A stretch of DNA of 64,000 bases, from assembly GCA_025603075.1 (NCBI GenBank), contig MU626277.1, positions 3,680-67,679 of the forward strand, given 5' to 3'. The notes under the pieces are model-generated. The model searched no databases and was not told where the DNA came from. It saw only the letters and a list, made by a program, of their open reading frames with translations. Below are positions 23,881-37,180 of this stretch, piece after piece. The stretch is from Neoconidiobolus thromboides FSU 785. Its lineage: Eukaryota; Fungi; Entomophthoromycota. Positions within the stretch are counted from its first letter, which is position 1, and every line of letters begins with the position of its first letter. A program made the translations under genes and the position numbers.

Positions 23881-24869
23881 ATGTCACTTAACATAATTAA
23901 AAAAGAATTAAGAAAAAGTATTAAACTTCGACTCAAACAAGTAACTGAAGAAAATGTAAAAAAGCAATGTAAGTCGTTAATATTCATATACCTCTATTAA
24001 GCAAAAAACAAGACTACTAATCTGTACTCTCTCACTTTTAAAGCACTTAAAGTGACAAAACATATCACTTCTTCTTCTTGGTTCCAAAATTCAAAAAAGA
24101 TATCCATTTATTTAAATATGCCCTTTTCAGAATTAAAAACAGAAGATCTAGTGAAAGAAATATTATTACAAAGTATTTATCTCCTGTTTCTATTTTTTCA
24201 TTTAAGTTAAGTTTATATTCAATTAAATAGATAAACAATGTTTTATACCAAAAACTAAAGGAGATGATATGCGTATGGTGGAAATCAAAAGTATTCAGGA
24301 ACTTAATGATCTACCAAAAAATAATTGGAATATACCAGAACCTTTAGATGGAGAAGAGGGAATGGATGGTAATAAATAATTTGTTAAGTTTTATTTTAAT
24401 GGATTGTTTTAAAAAGCAGTATTTAATCTTGAAAATGGCTTGGATCTTATTTTACTACCTGGTAAGTTCAATAAAATAATATCAAAAATTAAATTGTAGG
24501 TTTTCATGTATTGTTTTTAATCCTTTTATAGGTCTTGGGTTTGATATCAAATGTAATAGAATTGGTTACGGAAAAGGGTAAAAAAATTTAATAGTCAATT
24601 CTGTTAATTCTATTAAATTGACTTTATTTATTTAGTTATTATGATAAATTCATTCAACAACATTTGATTAAATTTAATAAGAAACCCTTATTAGGTAAAT
24701 TTAATTTAAAAATAATTAAACAACATAAATAATATCAATTTTCATTATTAATTATATTTACTATTAAGTTGGTATATGCTTAGAAGAGCAAATATGTAAC
24801 GAAATACCTATGGAAGAGTATGATTATCAATTAGATCAAGTCGTAACTGCGTCTCAAATATATCCTTGA
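23881..24869 (+). CDS. FAU1: 5-formyltetrahydrofolate cyclo-ligase (MTHFS), 6 introns
   Basis: KKELRKSI, YLNMPFSEL, WNIPEP, LDLIFTPGLGFD…RIGYGKGYYD, IPMEEYDYQLD. Confidence 0.92.
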
Positions 24870-25043
24870 AGATAATAATAATATTAAACTATTTTTAAAA
24901 AACAAAAATTTATTAAATTTGTTTAATTCATTAAATTAAATTCAATCTCCTAAAAAATGCAACGAATAAAAACAATAATAAGAAAAACATTCATTTGAAC
25001 CAAATCAGAGAAGAATTACTATCAATTACACTTTCATTTCATT

Positions 25044-28000
25044 TTAATTTACCTTACCTCCACCTCTAAGTGGCTTAGCAATTCTTGTAAATCCTTGTTG
25101 CTGATTGTTTAATTTTTGTCCATTATTTACTTGACCTTTAGGATAAATAAAACTAGGTTTAATTTTATTTTTTTCATTTATCATTTTAAATTGTAACTCA
25201 AATTTTTCGGCTTGTAATTTTAATTTATTAGTTGATTCTTCTAGTAATTTTTCCAAACATGCTATACGTTCACTTCGAGTATTAAGTTTTCTTTCCAAAT
25301 TAGAACTTTCTTTCTTTAACATGTGATTTTGCTCCACTAACTAATAGTAAAAATATTAATAATACAATCACAATACATTTATTATAAACTTACTGTATGA
25401 TGTACATGACTTAATTTTTGTACAAAATTATCAATAGTATTTAATCTCTTTTTATTAATAGCTGCTTTTTTCCTTTCTTTAATACTTTGTTGATATTCTT
25501 TTTGACTATCATTTAAAATTTCTTCTAATTCCGCTACTTTATTACATCGAGCATCTAATTCTTTAGCCAACATTTCTTTATGTTTTTCAAATTCATTTAA
25601 TTGTAAAGCCATTTTTTCTTTTAATTCCATTACCATAACATTTGTTCCTGTTGGATCTAATTTGATGTAATATTCAATTTGATTCTTTAATTCATCGTTT
25701 TCCTTTGTTATTAATTTACTATTTTCCATTAACTCTAAACATTCTTTTTCTTTGATATCAAATCTTTGTTTTTGATGCTCAATTTCTTCTTTTAATGTTT
25801 GTGTTTTTAAATCATATTGGTCTTCTAATTTGTTTTTTATTTCTTCAAATGAAACATGATCTTTAAAATGAGATTTAGTTAATAATTGCTCATATTCTTT
25901 ATTAACATTATTGTATTTTTCATTTAATAAGTTATTCTTTTCTTGTAGCATTTGTTGATCCATAATTAGATTTTTAATTGATAAATCTTTTTCTTTAACT
26001 TGGGTTTGCAATTCGTTCATTTGATTACGTAATTTAACTATATCTTTATTGGAAACAGGTTGATTTTCTTTTAATCTCTCTAAATCGTCTAAAGTATCTC
26101 GAATCTCTTTTTCATGATTACCTGCAGCAATAACTGATTTTGATGTTGTCATCATTTTAACAATTTTTTCCACCCTTTTATTATGCATTCTTTCCTTTCT
26201 TTTATCTCCACTTGATTCATTGATATTTTCTAATTCTTCTACTCTTTTTAAACTTTCTTTTAGATTTCTTTCTAAGCTTTGACATTTTTCTAATATACTA
26301 TCATAATTGATTTTCATTTCTTCATTTTCATATTTCATTGTATCGTTTTCTAACTTCATTTGATTAATCTCTAATTTCATAATTTGATTCTCTTGTTCCA
26401 TTTGTTTCATTTTTTCCATTTCAAATTGTTCAATTTCTTTTTCATACTTTTCCATTGTTTGATGTAATTCAGCTATTTCATCTTCCTAATAATTATAATT
26501 ATTATGTTAATTAAAACTCAAATTACTTTATAATTTATTTAACTTACTTTTTCAGCTAATGAATCCATTAATTGGTTTTCTCTTTGTAAATACATTTCCT
26601 TTTCCTCTTCTGCTAATGGAGATGGTATTGTCCAATTAGGTTGGACAACTTGAGTAACATTTGAAGGAGATGTTAAACTAGGCGTTGATGTACCTGAACC
26701 ATTAGGTGTATCTGATAATGGGCCATTCATAATATCATAGGATTTTGATCGTGAATGTGTTATACTTGGTCTGGATATGGCTAAATTTAATTTATCTGCT
26801 GTTGCAAAATTTTCTTTCGTTACATTACCACCTTATTAAAGTTTTTGTTAATTTAATTTGATTTGATTTATTAAATATAGATATTTAATAATCTCAACTT
26901 ACCATTTCTCCAAATATTAAGTTCCTCTTCTAATAATTTAATATATTGTTGGAAAGTAATAATTTGAGTATTGGCTTTTTTAAGTAATGCTTTAAGTTCA
27001 GCTGGACTAAGGTCTTGATTAATTTTAGCTTTATTCTTAATCTTCTTAGCTCTAAAAAAAGCGAAATTTTAAAATTTTAATTAAATTATCAAATCTTAAA
27101 ATTTACCTCATTCCAAACCTTAAAGTACTTAATGTTTCAGCTTCATTAAAAGAAGAAGGAGAACAATTAATAATTAAAGTAGTTCGTGAATTACCACCTA
27201 AAGATTCCTGTAATATTCTAGTTAATTTAGAATCTCTATAAGGTACATGAGAGGATTTTCCATCTGTCAAGGCATTGATAACCATACCTAAAGAGGATAA
27301 AGATTTATTAATTTTTTTAGCTTCTTCCAAAGTTTGCCCAGAAGCTCCTGTTTTTCCGACCTATTAATAATAATAATAATTTTTTAATACTATTTTTATT
27401 AATTTTTTATTACTTACTTTTTCAGAACCAGCTAAATCCACTAAATACAGTCTTCCTCTTTTAACACTACCACCATCCAATAAATTTTTTTGATTGATTG
27501 TAATTACAAATATTGAATGACTTCTAGAGCTTTCGGCATTCATATCTAATCAAATTAAAATTAACATTCAACGAAATAGTATTTAAAGTCAATTTACTTG
27601 TATGTGCCACTGCTCTCGATTTAATACCTTTACTCATAACTTCATAAACTTCATCAATTGAACTAACATAAACTTCCATTAAACCTTTGACATAAACACC
27701 TCGATTTTTTTCTTCATGAATTGGGAGATTATCGTTTTGAGCTAAAATAAGTTAAAATATTTATCAATAACAAAATCAAATATAAAATATTTATTATATA
27801 ATAAAACCTACGATTTAATAAATCCCTAATTTTTTCCATATAAATTTCCATATAGGATACATTGACTGTATATTCTAACGAATCAGGTGAATCAATTATA
27901 TGTGTAAAGATACTTTCAACTATTCGTGGGATGATTCCCTTGAACTCTTCTTGACCAGTGTTAGCACCCTGTAAAATAATGTTTAATTCTTTGAATTTAC

Positions 28001-28463
28001 TTATTTTAATAGCTGATAATTGAAATTAACTTACCATCATTGTAAATGTTTTACCAGATCCTGTTTGTCCATAAGCAAACACTGTACCATTATAACCTTT
28101 TAATACGTCTGGATTTTTAAAAAAGAAAATACATTAGCTTATTGAGTTAATTTTAATTATGATTATTTAAATTATTTACCGTCCACTGTTGATTTAATAG
28201 AATATTCAAAAACTTCAGATTGAGTTGAATCAGGACCAAATAATTTATCAAATGTAAATGTATTTGATTCATTTAATTCTTTATCTATCTGTTATAAAAA
28301 AAACTTTATTAGTTTTAGTTCCTTTTTGTTTTAATTTATAGATTACTCCTAATGATACTGTATCGGCTTCCTTTTCAAAACTAGTTATTACTTTTCCGTT
28401 GGCAGATAATTCAATTGAATTTTGTGGTCGAAACCGACATACTACTTTGATATTATTTGACAT
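25044..28463 (-). CDS. kinA: Conventional kinesin heavy chain (kinesin-1), spliced
   Basis: [56 protein letters not shown], long coiled coil, and tail [10 protein letters not shown]. Confidence 0.96.
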
Positions 28464-28838
28464 ACTCAAGGTTTAAATATGATTATTGATTATTGATTAT
28501 TGATTTATGCTTTTGAGTGGTGTTTTTGTTAACTTATGCTTTTTTTGATCTGTCAAATATAAATTTCTCCTTTTAAAAAAATCCAACTATTCCTCCTCTT
28601 TTCTTCTTTTCTTCTTTTCTTCTCTTTTCTTTTTATAAAATTAAACTTCAATAAATCATAAAAGTTGAATTGAATTCTTATTATTTTTGATTGTTAAATT
28701 ATGATTTTATTTAAAGTTCCTATAACTACTTAATGGTTAAGGGGAGTTGATTGGCTTAATCAATAAAAGCTAATTTTTGGCTAATTTTTTAATTTAATCA
28801 AAAGGGAGTGTGATAATTGATAGTAGGATTTTAAAGTG

Positions 28839-28903
28839 TTGTTATTTCAAATAAAAACTGGTATTGTTTCAATGAATTTTATTATTCTTATTTGAAATAA
28901 CAA
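28839..28903. repeat. 16-bp perfect inverted repeat with 33-bp spacer
   Basis: TTGTTATTTCAAATAA (28839-28854) and TTATTTGAAATAACAA (28888-28903). Confidence 0.7.
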
Positions 28904-30348
28904 ATTAAATAATAGAATAATTTACATAATACTTTATTAGAAAGTTATTCAACAAACTAACTTGCTATTAAACTGATAATCAAATATCTCTCTGTTAAGC
29001 CTGGTATGTTAATTTTTATTAAATCAAAGCGAAAGTTGTTAATCCATATCAAGAAAAGATATTTTATTATAGCGCTTAACTTAACTAAGACCAACATTCA
29101 GTATTTCTTTCTTCTAAATAAATTAACAAGAGGCAATAGTAATAAACCACTAATATTATTACCACATATCAGAAATCAAAAAAAATAAGCTTATTTTAAA
29201 TTAGCTACTATGGGAATAATTTAAATGTAAACCTTCTCATATAATTTAACGATTTCATAAATTAAATGCTTTTATATGATTAGTATATTTATAACTATAT
29301 GATAACATTTAATTTGTAAGATTGTCAACTTACATGAGAGAGCTCACATTTGAAATGTATTAGTAGTATTCAAAGTAGCACATTAAAATAGTTTCTTATT
29401 GAAGTTTTGAAATTAGATATTAAATTAAATTGGTGGCTTTGATTTGTTTTATGTTGTTTTTTATCGAAAATCTCTAAAAGTATTAAAATATTTTTCTAAG
29501 TCAATCATAGGTTAATGAAGTTTATTCATATAGCAAGGTAAGAATAACTTAAAGACAACAGTTAATAGTTAATATTTTTCTAATAAACTTTAAATTAATC
29601 AATTTATTTATTATAAAACTATTATATTTTCACATTATAAAATATGATACAAAAATAATTTATTTTATTTCAATATTTTTGTTCACTTTTACTTAACTTA
29701 AAATTTAAGAACATTATCAAACAAAAATGAACGTTCCCAAATATGAAATGAAACATAAATTTTATTTTTTAATCTAAAATGTAATAACTTACGGTTGAAT
29801 ATTTGCGTGATATTATTAAATTATTAGTAAACTAAACTATTAATTTTCATATAGAAGCGAAATCATGCTCCCTTGTAATTATAGATCCTGTTTTACTACA
29901 ACTATTTTCTATTAATTTTATCATTTCCAAGTAATTGAGCTAGTTAAGCTACAACTATTAAAGCCATAGATGCTTCAACGATAAAATAAACCAACTCTCG
30001 CTATAATTTTAAACACTTTTCTATTCTTTAAGATCTATCATGAGATGTGTTTTTGAACTATTAATTTTAAGAACTAGCTTAATAATTTAGTATTATCTTC
30101 AGTCATTCTCAATATTTCTTATAAAAATCTTCATGATGATAAAATAAATCTTAATTCCTTTATGATTTTATCAAACTATTAAGTTGATTGGTTTTACTTA
30201 ATAACTTTCGAACCTTATGATCAAGTCATTTGAAATGAATATTCAAATAGCTTAATATCACTTTTAAAAATATTCAAAAAAAATAAGGTATATAAATAAA
30301 TTAAAATAAACATTATTTTATTTTATCTTCAAGTCAGAGATTTCAATT

Positions 30349-32742
30349 ATGAAGAGCTATCATTTAATTTCTTGTTTTACATTGTTTCTCTATAGCGTAA
30401 CTAGTCAAAATGTCACTACTACCAAAAACTTACAAAAGAAACAAATCACCATTGATAACTTTTTAAAATCTACTTTTTCCAAACAATCTTTCAACTACAA
30501 TTGGGTAACTCATGAGAGTGAACGTGATGGCTATTATGTTGAAGAAGAAGACAATAAAATCATTTTAAAATCCATCGATCTTACTGGTAATAAACAAGTT
30601 AAAGTATTAATTGATACCACTAAATTTATTGATGAAAATAAGCAACCTATAATTTATGATGATTATTCCCTTTCTCCTGATTTACAATATATTGCATTAA
30701 CAGTGAACTCTACTAAATTATGGTCTAAGTCCAGTTTTGCATCTTATTATATCTTTGATTTACAAGATCCTAATCGACTAGGTAGATTGATCAATCGTCA
30801 TTATCGTAACTGGGGACAATATAATAAACAAGATAATATATTACAAACCTTAGTATGGTCACCAAAAGGACATAATTTAGCATTTGTTCAAGATAATAAT
30901 ATTTATGCAATTATTGAGTCTTTTACTAGTTTAATTCAAGTCACTAAAGATGGAAAGGATACTTTACAGAATGGAATTCCTGATTGGGTTTATGAAGAAG
31001 AAATATGGCCTAATAAAGAAGCTATTGTTTGGGATCAAAGTGGTACAACGTTAGCTTATTTAACTTTCGATAGTTCCAATGTTCAGGTCCAAAGTTTAGA
31101 AACATTTACTACTAGAAAAAATAATGCTCAATTTTCATTAACTTCTAAACCGTATTCAAGTGTTTATGAACAACGTTATCCAAAACCAGGCTTTAATATT
31201 ACTCAAGTTAAAATTAATGTTGCTGAATTAACTACTGGAAAAGCCAAAGTACATCAAATCAATTATAATTCAGTTAATGAAATTGATCCTGTGGTTACTG
31301 ATTTGCAATTTTCAAAATCTTCTTATAATGATGGGCTTATTATTCGATTTACTAATAGATTTCAAGATAGAGTGTATACTAGTGTAGCAACTAATCGTAA
31401 TTATTCCAATCCAACTATTGTACGTCAAGAAAAAGCAGGTCAAGATATAAATAATCCAAGCTTAGATGATAAAGGATGGTATGAAAATAGACCTCTTTAT
31501 TTATTACCAAAATTACATGAATTCGGTATTAACGAATCCGCTTATATTGATTTTGTTATTGTGGATGGTTTTACTCATCTTGCTTTATTCTCTCCAATTA
31601 CTGCTTCCAAGCCAAAAAGAATATTAACTAAAGGTGATTTTGATGTCGTTTCTATCAATGGTTTAGATGTCAAATCTGGTACTATTTATTATTCAAGTGC
31701 TGAAACAGATTCTACTGTGGAAGATATTTATTCTATTAAACTTGATGGAAGTAACAAAGTTCATTTAACTAAAGATCAATTTACTGGTGATTCTCAAAAA
31801 TCGGGTACTTATTCAATGTCCTCTTCAGCTTTAGGTGGTTTTGTTGTTATAAATTATAACGGTCCATCTATCCCATGGTCTAGATTAACAAAACAAGGAA
31901 AATTAAATAATTCTCTTTTACTTACTAATAATACCAAACTCGCTACTTTAGTTGAGGAATATAATTATCCCACAACAGTATATTCTAAAGTCAATGTCAA
32001 TGGTAACTCTATCAATGCCTTCGAAATCCGACCATATGATTTTGATCCTTCTAAAAAATATAATGTTGTATTTTATATCTATGGTGGGCCAAACAGTCAA
32101 CAAGTCACACGTAGTTTTAATTTTAATTTACAACGTTGGTTGGTGGGTAGTCGTAATGATACCATTGTAGTAACAGTAGATGGACGAGGTACTGGTCGTA
32201 AAGGTAGAAAATTTATGGTCTCAGTACGTGAACATTTAGGTGAATATGAAGCTGATGATGTGATTTCAGCTGGTCAACAATGGGCTAAATTACCTTATGT
32301 TAATCCATCAAAAATAGGTGTTTGGGGTAAATCGTATGGTGGATATATGACTTTACGTACACTTGAACTTCAACCTAAGGATCTTGTCTTTAGTTTTGGT
32401 GCTTCTTTCTCACCAGTATCTGATTGGAAGTTTTATGATTCTTTATATACAGAAAGATATATGTTTACTCCACAAGTGAATGCTAAAGGATACAACAAAT
32501 CTGCTATCAATAATTTTGAAAACTTTAAGAAGACAGAATTATTTTTGACTCATGGTACAAGAGATGATAATGTTCATCAGTCTAATTCTATGTATATTAT
32601 TAATAATTTTGCTGCTAATTATATTATCTCTTATGATTTTACTCCTGTTATTGATGATAATCATTACTATGAATCAAAGTCAAATAAGCGCTCCCTCTAT
32701 CTTAAGTTGGAAAGGTTCTTTAGTCGTGTTTTTAAAGCTTAA
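30349..32742 (+). CDS. Secreted dipeptidyl peptidase IV (S9B), intronless
   Basis: Signal peptide, DWVYEEE, YPKPG, YGGPNSQ, VDGRGTG, nucleophile WGKSYGG, GTRDDNVH and DDNH triad. Confidence 0.93.
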   Translation: MKSYHLISCFTLFLYSVTSQNVTTTKNLQKKQITIDNFLKSTFSKQSFNYNWVTHESERDGYYVEEEDNKIILKSIDLTGNKQVKVLIDTTKFIDENKQPIIYDDYSLSPDLQYIALTVNSTKLWSKSSFASYYIFDLQDPNRLGRLINRHYRNWGQYNKQDNILQTLVWSPKGHNLAFVQDNNIYAIIESFTSLIQVTKDGKDTLQNGIPDWVYEEEIWPNKEAIVWDQSGTTLAYLTFDSSNVQVQSLETFTTRKNNAQFSLTSKPYSSVYEQRYPKPGFNITQVKINVAELTTGKAKVHQINYNSVNEIDPVVTDLQFSKSSYNDGLIIRFTNRFQDRVYTSVATNRNYSNPTIVRQEKAGQDINNPSLDDKGWYENRPLYLLPKLHEFGINESAYIDFVIVDGFTHLALFSPITASKPKRILTKGDFDVVSINGLDVKSGTIYYSSAETDSTVEDIYSIKLDGSNKVHLTKDQFTGDSQKSGTYSMSSSALGGFVVINYNGPSIPWSRLTKQGKLNNSLLLTNNTKLATLVEEYNYPTTVYSKVNVNGNSINAFEIRPYDFDPSKKYNVVFYIYGGPNSQQVTRSFNFNLQRWLVGSRNDTIVVTVDGRGTGRKGRKFMVSVREHLGEYEADDVISAGQQWAKLPYVNPSKIGVWGKSYGGYMTLRTLELQPKDLVFSFGASFSPVSDWKFYDSLYTERYMFTPQVNAKGYNKSAINNFENFKKTELFLTHGTRDDNVHQSNSMYIINNFAANYIISYDFTPVIDDNHYYESKSNKRSLYLKLERFFSRVFKA

Positions 32743-33087
32743 AGAAATGCTTTTATGAATTAATAAATATATCATTAATTAAATAGCATTTATTTTTAAT
32801 GTGCAAGTTATGAAAAAATTGGTATTATTGATAATAATATGAATTTGATTAAAATGGCTATGATTAATCAAATGGTGTTTATATAAACTATATATTATAA
32901 TATTAGGAAAAAGATTCAAATGAATATATCTATGCACCTGCTTACTCTAGGGGTTTAAGTAAAGTGTGATATCATTATTAGGTATTAGGATTAAAAGCAA
33001 ATGTTTGAAATGTAATAAATCATGTATTAATGGTTGGAGTTAAAAAAGATATATATACAAACTGTAAACCTATATATAAAATTAAAT

Positions 33088-33159
33088 GGCTTAGTGGTCT
33101 AGTGGTATGATTCTCGCTTTGGGTGCGAGAGGTCCAGGGTTCAATTCCCTGCTGAGCCC
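33088..33159 (+). tRNA. tRNA-Pro(UGG)
   Basis: GGCTTAG/CTGAGCC acceptor stem, CTCGC-TTTGGGT-GCGAG anticodon arm, CAGGG-TTCAATT-CCCTG T-arm, downstream T-run. Confidence 0.96.
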
Positions 33160-33925
33160 AATTTTTGGAATTGATTTAAGTTCTAATTTTTTACAGCTTT
33201 AAACAAATTTTATTTGTTTTTATATGGATTAGTTTAAAACTTGGTTTATTTTTTGTCCAGTTTAGATTTAGGAAAAATTGCAAATCAAGTACAAGGTACC
33301 ATAAAATTGTTTTTCAAATTACTCATGTAGTAACGTTTTTTCATCTAATATTCGAAAAATTTCAAAAATTTAAGCTACATAGAAATGAACAAAAAAGTTG
33401 AATTGAAACTTTTTCCTTAACTTCAATCAAGATTAAACTTAACCATATAATTTTAGAATTTATATCAATTAAAAAGACAAATAATTAAATGTTACAAAAA
33501 TCTATCATTTTGTTCAATATAAAAAACATAATATCTAAAACTAAATCTTTATTTCGAAATTTTTTATTCATCACATAAGGATTCATCAGTAATCCTATCT
33601 TTCCTATAGTGATCTAAGATATTATGTAATATTTGCTCTATACAGTAAAATTTGATAATCATGTCCTGCTTTGGGCAAGCAATAAAAGCACTTAAATAAT
33701 ATTTAAATTGCTTTATTTATGTCAGCAGTTAAAACAAAGATATCAGCCAATCACGTCATTATGTTTAGAAGTCAAACCGCTTACCCTTTTATTTCTCAAT
33801 CAATTCTGACTGCTTTCAGAGGCGCAACTTATGAATCATTGATCCTTGAATATCAATATAACTTGTTTTGTTAATGAAGACAAAATCAAGTGGTCACTTT
33901 ATTTATTTTTAAATTTTTCCTAAAT

Positions 33926-34375
33926 TCAAAAACGATATTCTTCACTGTTAGAAGTCATACCATTATAAGCACACTTACCGGGATATCCGTGTTCTCTGCC
34001 TCTAGATACTTTTGCTCCAGATTTATATGCTATAACGATGTATTCTTCCAGAGAGTCTGATGGCATCACATAGTCAAACCTTTTGATTACTCTAGAACCA
34101 ATGCCAAATTCTATTGCACTTTCACCACTTCCAGTATGACTCTAATATTTATCTCCTCTAATTATAAGATCTAATTCTTCTCCATATTCGTATTTTAATG
34201 GTTCAGCTAAATATACAATGACAAAAACTTCCCCTTCCATAAAATTATTAACATGGTATTCAACCTTATCTTTCATCCATTTAGCACCTTCTGGTTCTAT
34301 TTTTAATGTCTTTTTATCAAAGAAATTATGATATTTTAATGAAATTTCAAAAATTAATAAAATAAACTTATGATT
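33926..34375 (-). pseudogene. Probable pseudogene of a ~150-aa, possibly secreted protein
   Basis: One frame of 149 codons with a single internal TAG (34142-34144). It begins HKFILLIFEISL with no Met and ends …GREHGYPGKCAYNGMTSNSEEYRF*. Confidence 0.4.
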
Positions 34376-34483
34376 TTATTGGCTAAAAGTAACTTGAAGA
34401 ATTTGAGCTTAATCGTAATAATTGGTTTAAGCAAATAGTGACTATGTAAACTCAAATTTGAATTTATCCATATCTCATTTTTT

Positions 34484-37180
34484 ATGTTTGCAAATATTTT
34501 AACTTCAAATACATCGGTTTATAGTCCTTTATTTCAAGTAAATATATAATGAATAATAGTGATAAAATTGGTGCTAACGAACCCTTTCTTTATACAGGGC
34601 TCTATTTTAGTTGGTCAAATCTCTTCCTTTTTAAATAATAATGTTATCCAGCCTTCTAGAGTTAAGTATAATAGCTATTCAACTGGGCAAAAAAAGAAGC
34701 ATGGGGTTGGCCAAACTGAGTCAGAGATAAAGAAAGATCCTAGAACCGGCCTAAATGAAAACAAGGTAAGAAATTTAGTTTATTCTAATCTTTAGCTAAA
34801 TTTTCATAAGACAGGTATAGAAGTCGGTTTAACAAGTAACAGTAATGATTTAGTAATACCACCATTTAAAACCAAGTTTGGTCTACATTTTTTACCAACT
34901 AGTTTCAACAGTTTAGACTATCAAACACATGGTATTTTAAGCTCCATTTCTAGTATGAAGTTAAGACTCAATCCATTATTAGTTAAGAATGATTTCACGA
35001 AAAGAAAAACCTTAACCAATCAATCTATGTTAAATTTGTTAAAAGGATTCAACAGTAAGCTTAATTTTTGTTATGGTTGATTTTGGTTAAATCTTTTAGG
35101 AATTGAAAGTAGAGGTTTTGCATTTAAAACAAATACTGAAAAAAGACTTTCTAGTTTAGAAGATGAGGCTAATGAAAATCCAACAAATGCAGTTAAACAA
35201 GCTGCTTTTTATCAAGTAAGCTTAGCGTAAAAGTCAATAATTAAAATAATAAACTATTATAGGAATTATTAAAAGGAGGGTATTATAATATATTAATTAA
35301 TCGACTTGAAAATTATGATTTTGGGATTAATGTAGATTGTTTACAATACTATATAACAGCTTTGATAAAAAATAATCAAACGGATTCCATTGCTACTAAA
35401 GTTTTAAAATTAATTCAAACAAAACCTTTTTTCCGTTCTATGGAACATTCAACCCTTACTCAAACTTTTAAGAAACCTTCAACACCAACATTTGATAATA
35501 CAACATCTACCTCTTCTGGAACAAAAGATAAACCAGTACATGTGATTGTTGATGAATGTATTGTTATTTTTTATTTTTTTGTTAAAATTTACTAATCAGT
35601 TTTTTATAGCTAGCTCAGTTTCTATGTGGAAAGCAATTAAAAGCGTTGGATTAACATTTACTTACATCTTTTGTATCCTTACCTTCATAAGTTTAGCACT
35701 TGAAAACTCAGGTTTGGCAAAAAGCCCACCTAAAATACAACCTGAATTTGAGCCAGATATGACAAGTACAGTTACCTTTAATGATGTACAGGGTGTCGAT
35801 GAAGCAAAGGATGAACTCATTGAAATTGTCGAATTTTTAAAAGACCCATCAAGGTTTAATGAATTAGGGGGTAAGTTACCAAAAGGTGTACTTTTGACTG
35901 GGCCACCAGGTACAGGTAAAACTTTATTAGCTAGAGCCGTGGCTGGTGAAGCTGGAGTTCCATTTTTTTTCATGTCTGGATCTGAGTTTGATGAAATGTA
36001 TGTGGGTGTTGGAGCAAGAAGAGTCAGAGAACTTTTTGCTGCTGCAAGAAAGAAAGCACCTTCTATTGTATTTATAGATGAATTGGATGCCATTGGTGCC
36101 AAACGTAATCCTAAGGACCAAGCATATATGAAGCAAACATTAAACCAATTGCTTGTGGACTTGGATGGATTTTCGCAAACAGAAGGGGTTATATTTATAG
36201 CAGCTACTAATTTCCCAGAACTTTTGGACAAAGCTTTAGTTCGTCCAGGTCGATTTGATCGTCATGTAGAAGTACCATTACCAGATGTAAGGGGTAGACT
36301 TCAAGTTTTGAAACTTCATTCAAAGAAGATACAAATTGGACAAGGTAAATAAATGTTTTTGTTTTAAATATTATATTGATTATGCAATCTAGATGTTGAT
36401 TTAAGTACACTTGCACGTGGCACACCTGGGTTTTCAGGTGCTGAATTGGCCAATTTAGTTAATTTAGCTGCTATCCAAGCATCACGCTCCAGTTCACCTG
36501 TGGTTAACTTAAGTCATTTTGAAGAAGCAAAGGATAGGATGATTATGGGTGCTGAAAGGAAGTCTGCAGTAATAACAGATGAAAGTAAAAAGTTAACAGC
36601 TTATCATGAAGGAGGACATGCGCTTGTAGCTTATTACACCCCGGGTGCTTTACCACTACATAAAGCCACCATCATCCCAAGGGGACGTAGCCTTGGTGTA
36701 ACGATGCAGCTTCCAGAAATGGATAAAGATAATTATACGAAGAAAGAGCTTAAAGCAATGCTAGATGTTTGTATGGGTGGTAGAGTAGCCGAAGAAGTGT
36801 TATATGGAGAAGAAAATGTGACTTCAGGTGCACAAAGCGATTTACAGAAAGCCACCTCAATTGCCCGTCGTATGGTAATTGAGCTTGGCATGGGGACTAA
36901 GCTCGGGCCAGTGGATTACTCTGGAGATTATGATCGACTCAGTCATGAAACTAAGCTAGAGATAGAGAATCAAGTGCGTAAGCTATTGGATGTAAGTTGT
37001 TCACTATACTATTATTTAATGTACTAATTTTATTTTTAGGATGCTTATATGAGGGCTACTTCACTTATAACTACTAAGAAATCGGAGCTAGATCGATTGG
37101 CAGCAGCCTTGATTGAGTTTGAAACGTTAAGTGCTGAGCAGATGGCTAATGCTATGAAAGGCAAGAATGTTGGACTGTGA
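34484..37180 (+). CDS. YME1: Mitochondrial i-AAA protease (FtsH family), spliced
   Basis: [62 protein letters not shown]. Start ATG inferred from splice sites. Confidence 0.95.

Noticed and set aside
28478-28630. (GATTATT)n and pyrimidine tract upstream of kinesin
   Set aside because: Short ordinary low-complexity sequence in an AT-rich genome.
12484-34375. Possible stop-codon reassignment suggested by read-through frames
   Set aside because: The interrupting stops are a mix of TAA, TAG and TGA, and all conserved genes read cleanly in the standard code.
35662-36231. 189-aa antisense ORF in YME1
   Set aside because: Typical shadow ORF opposite a conserved AAA domain.
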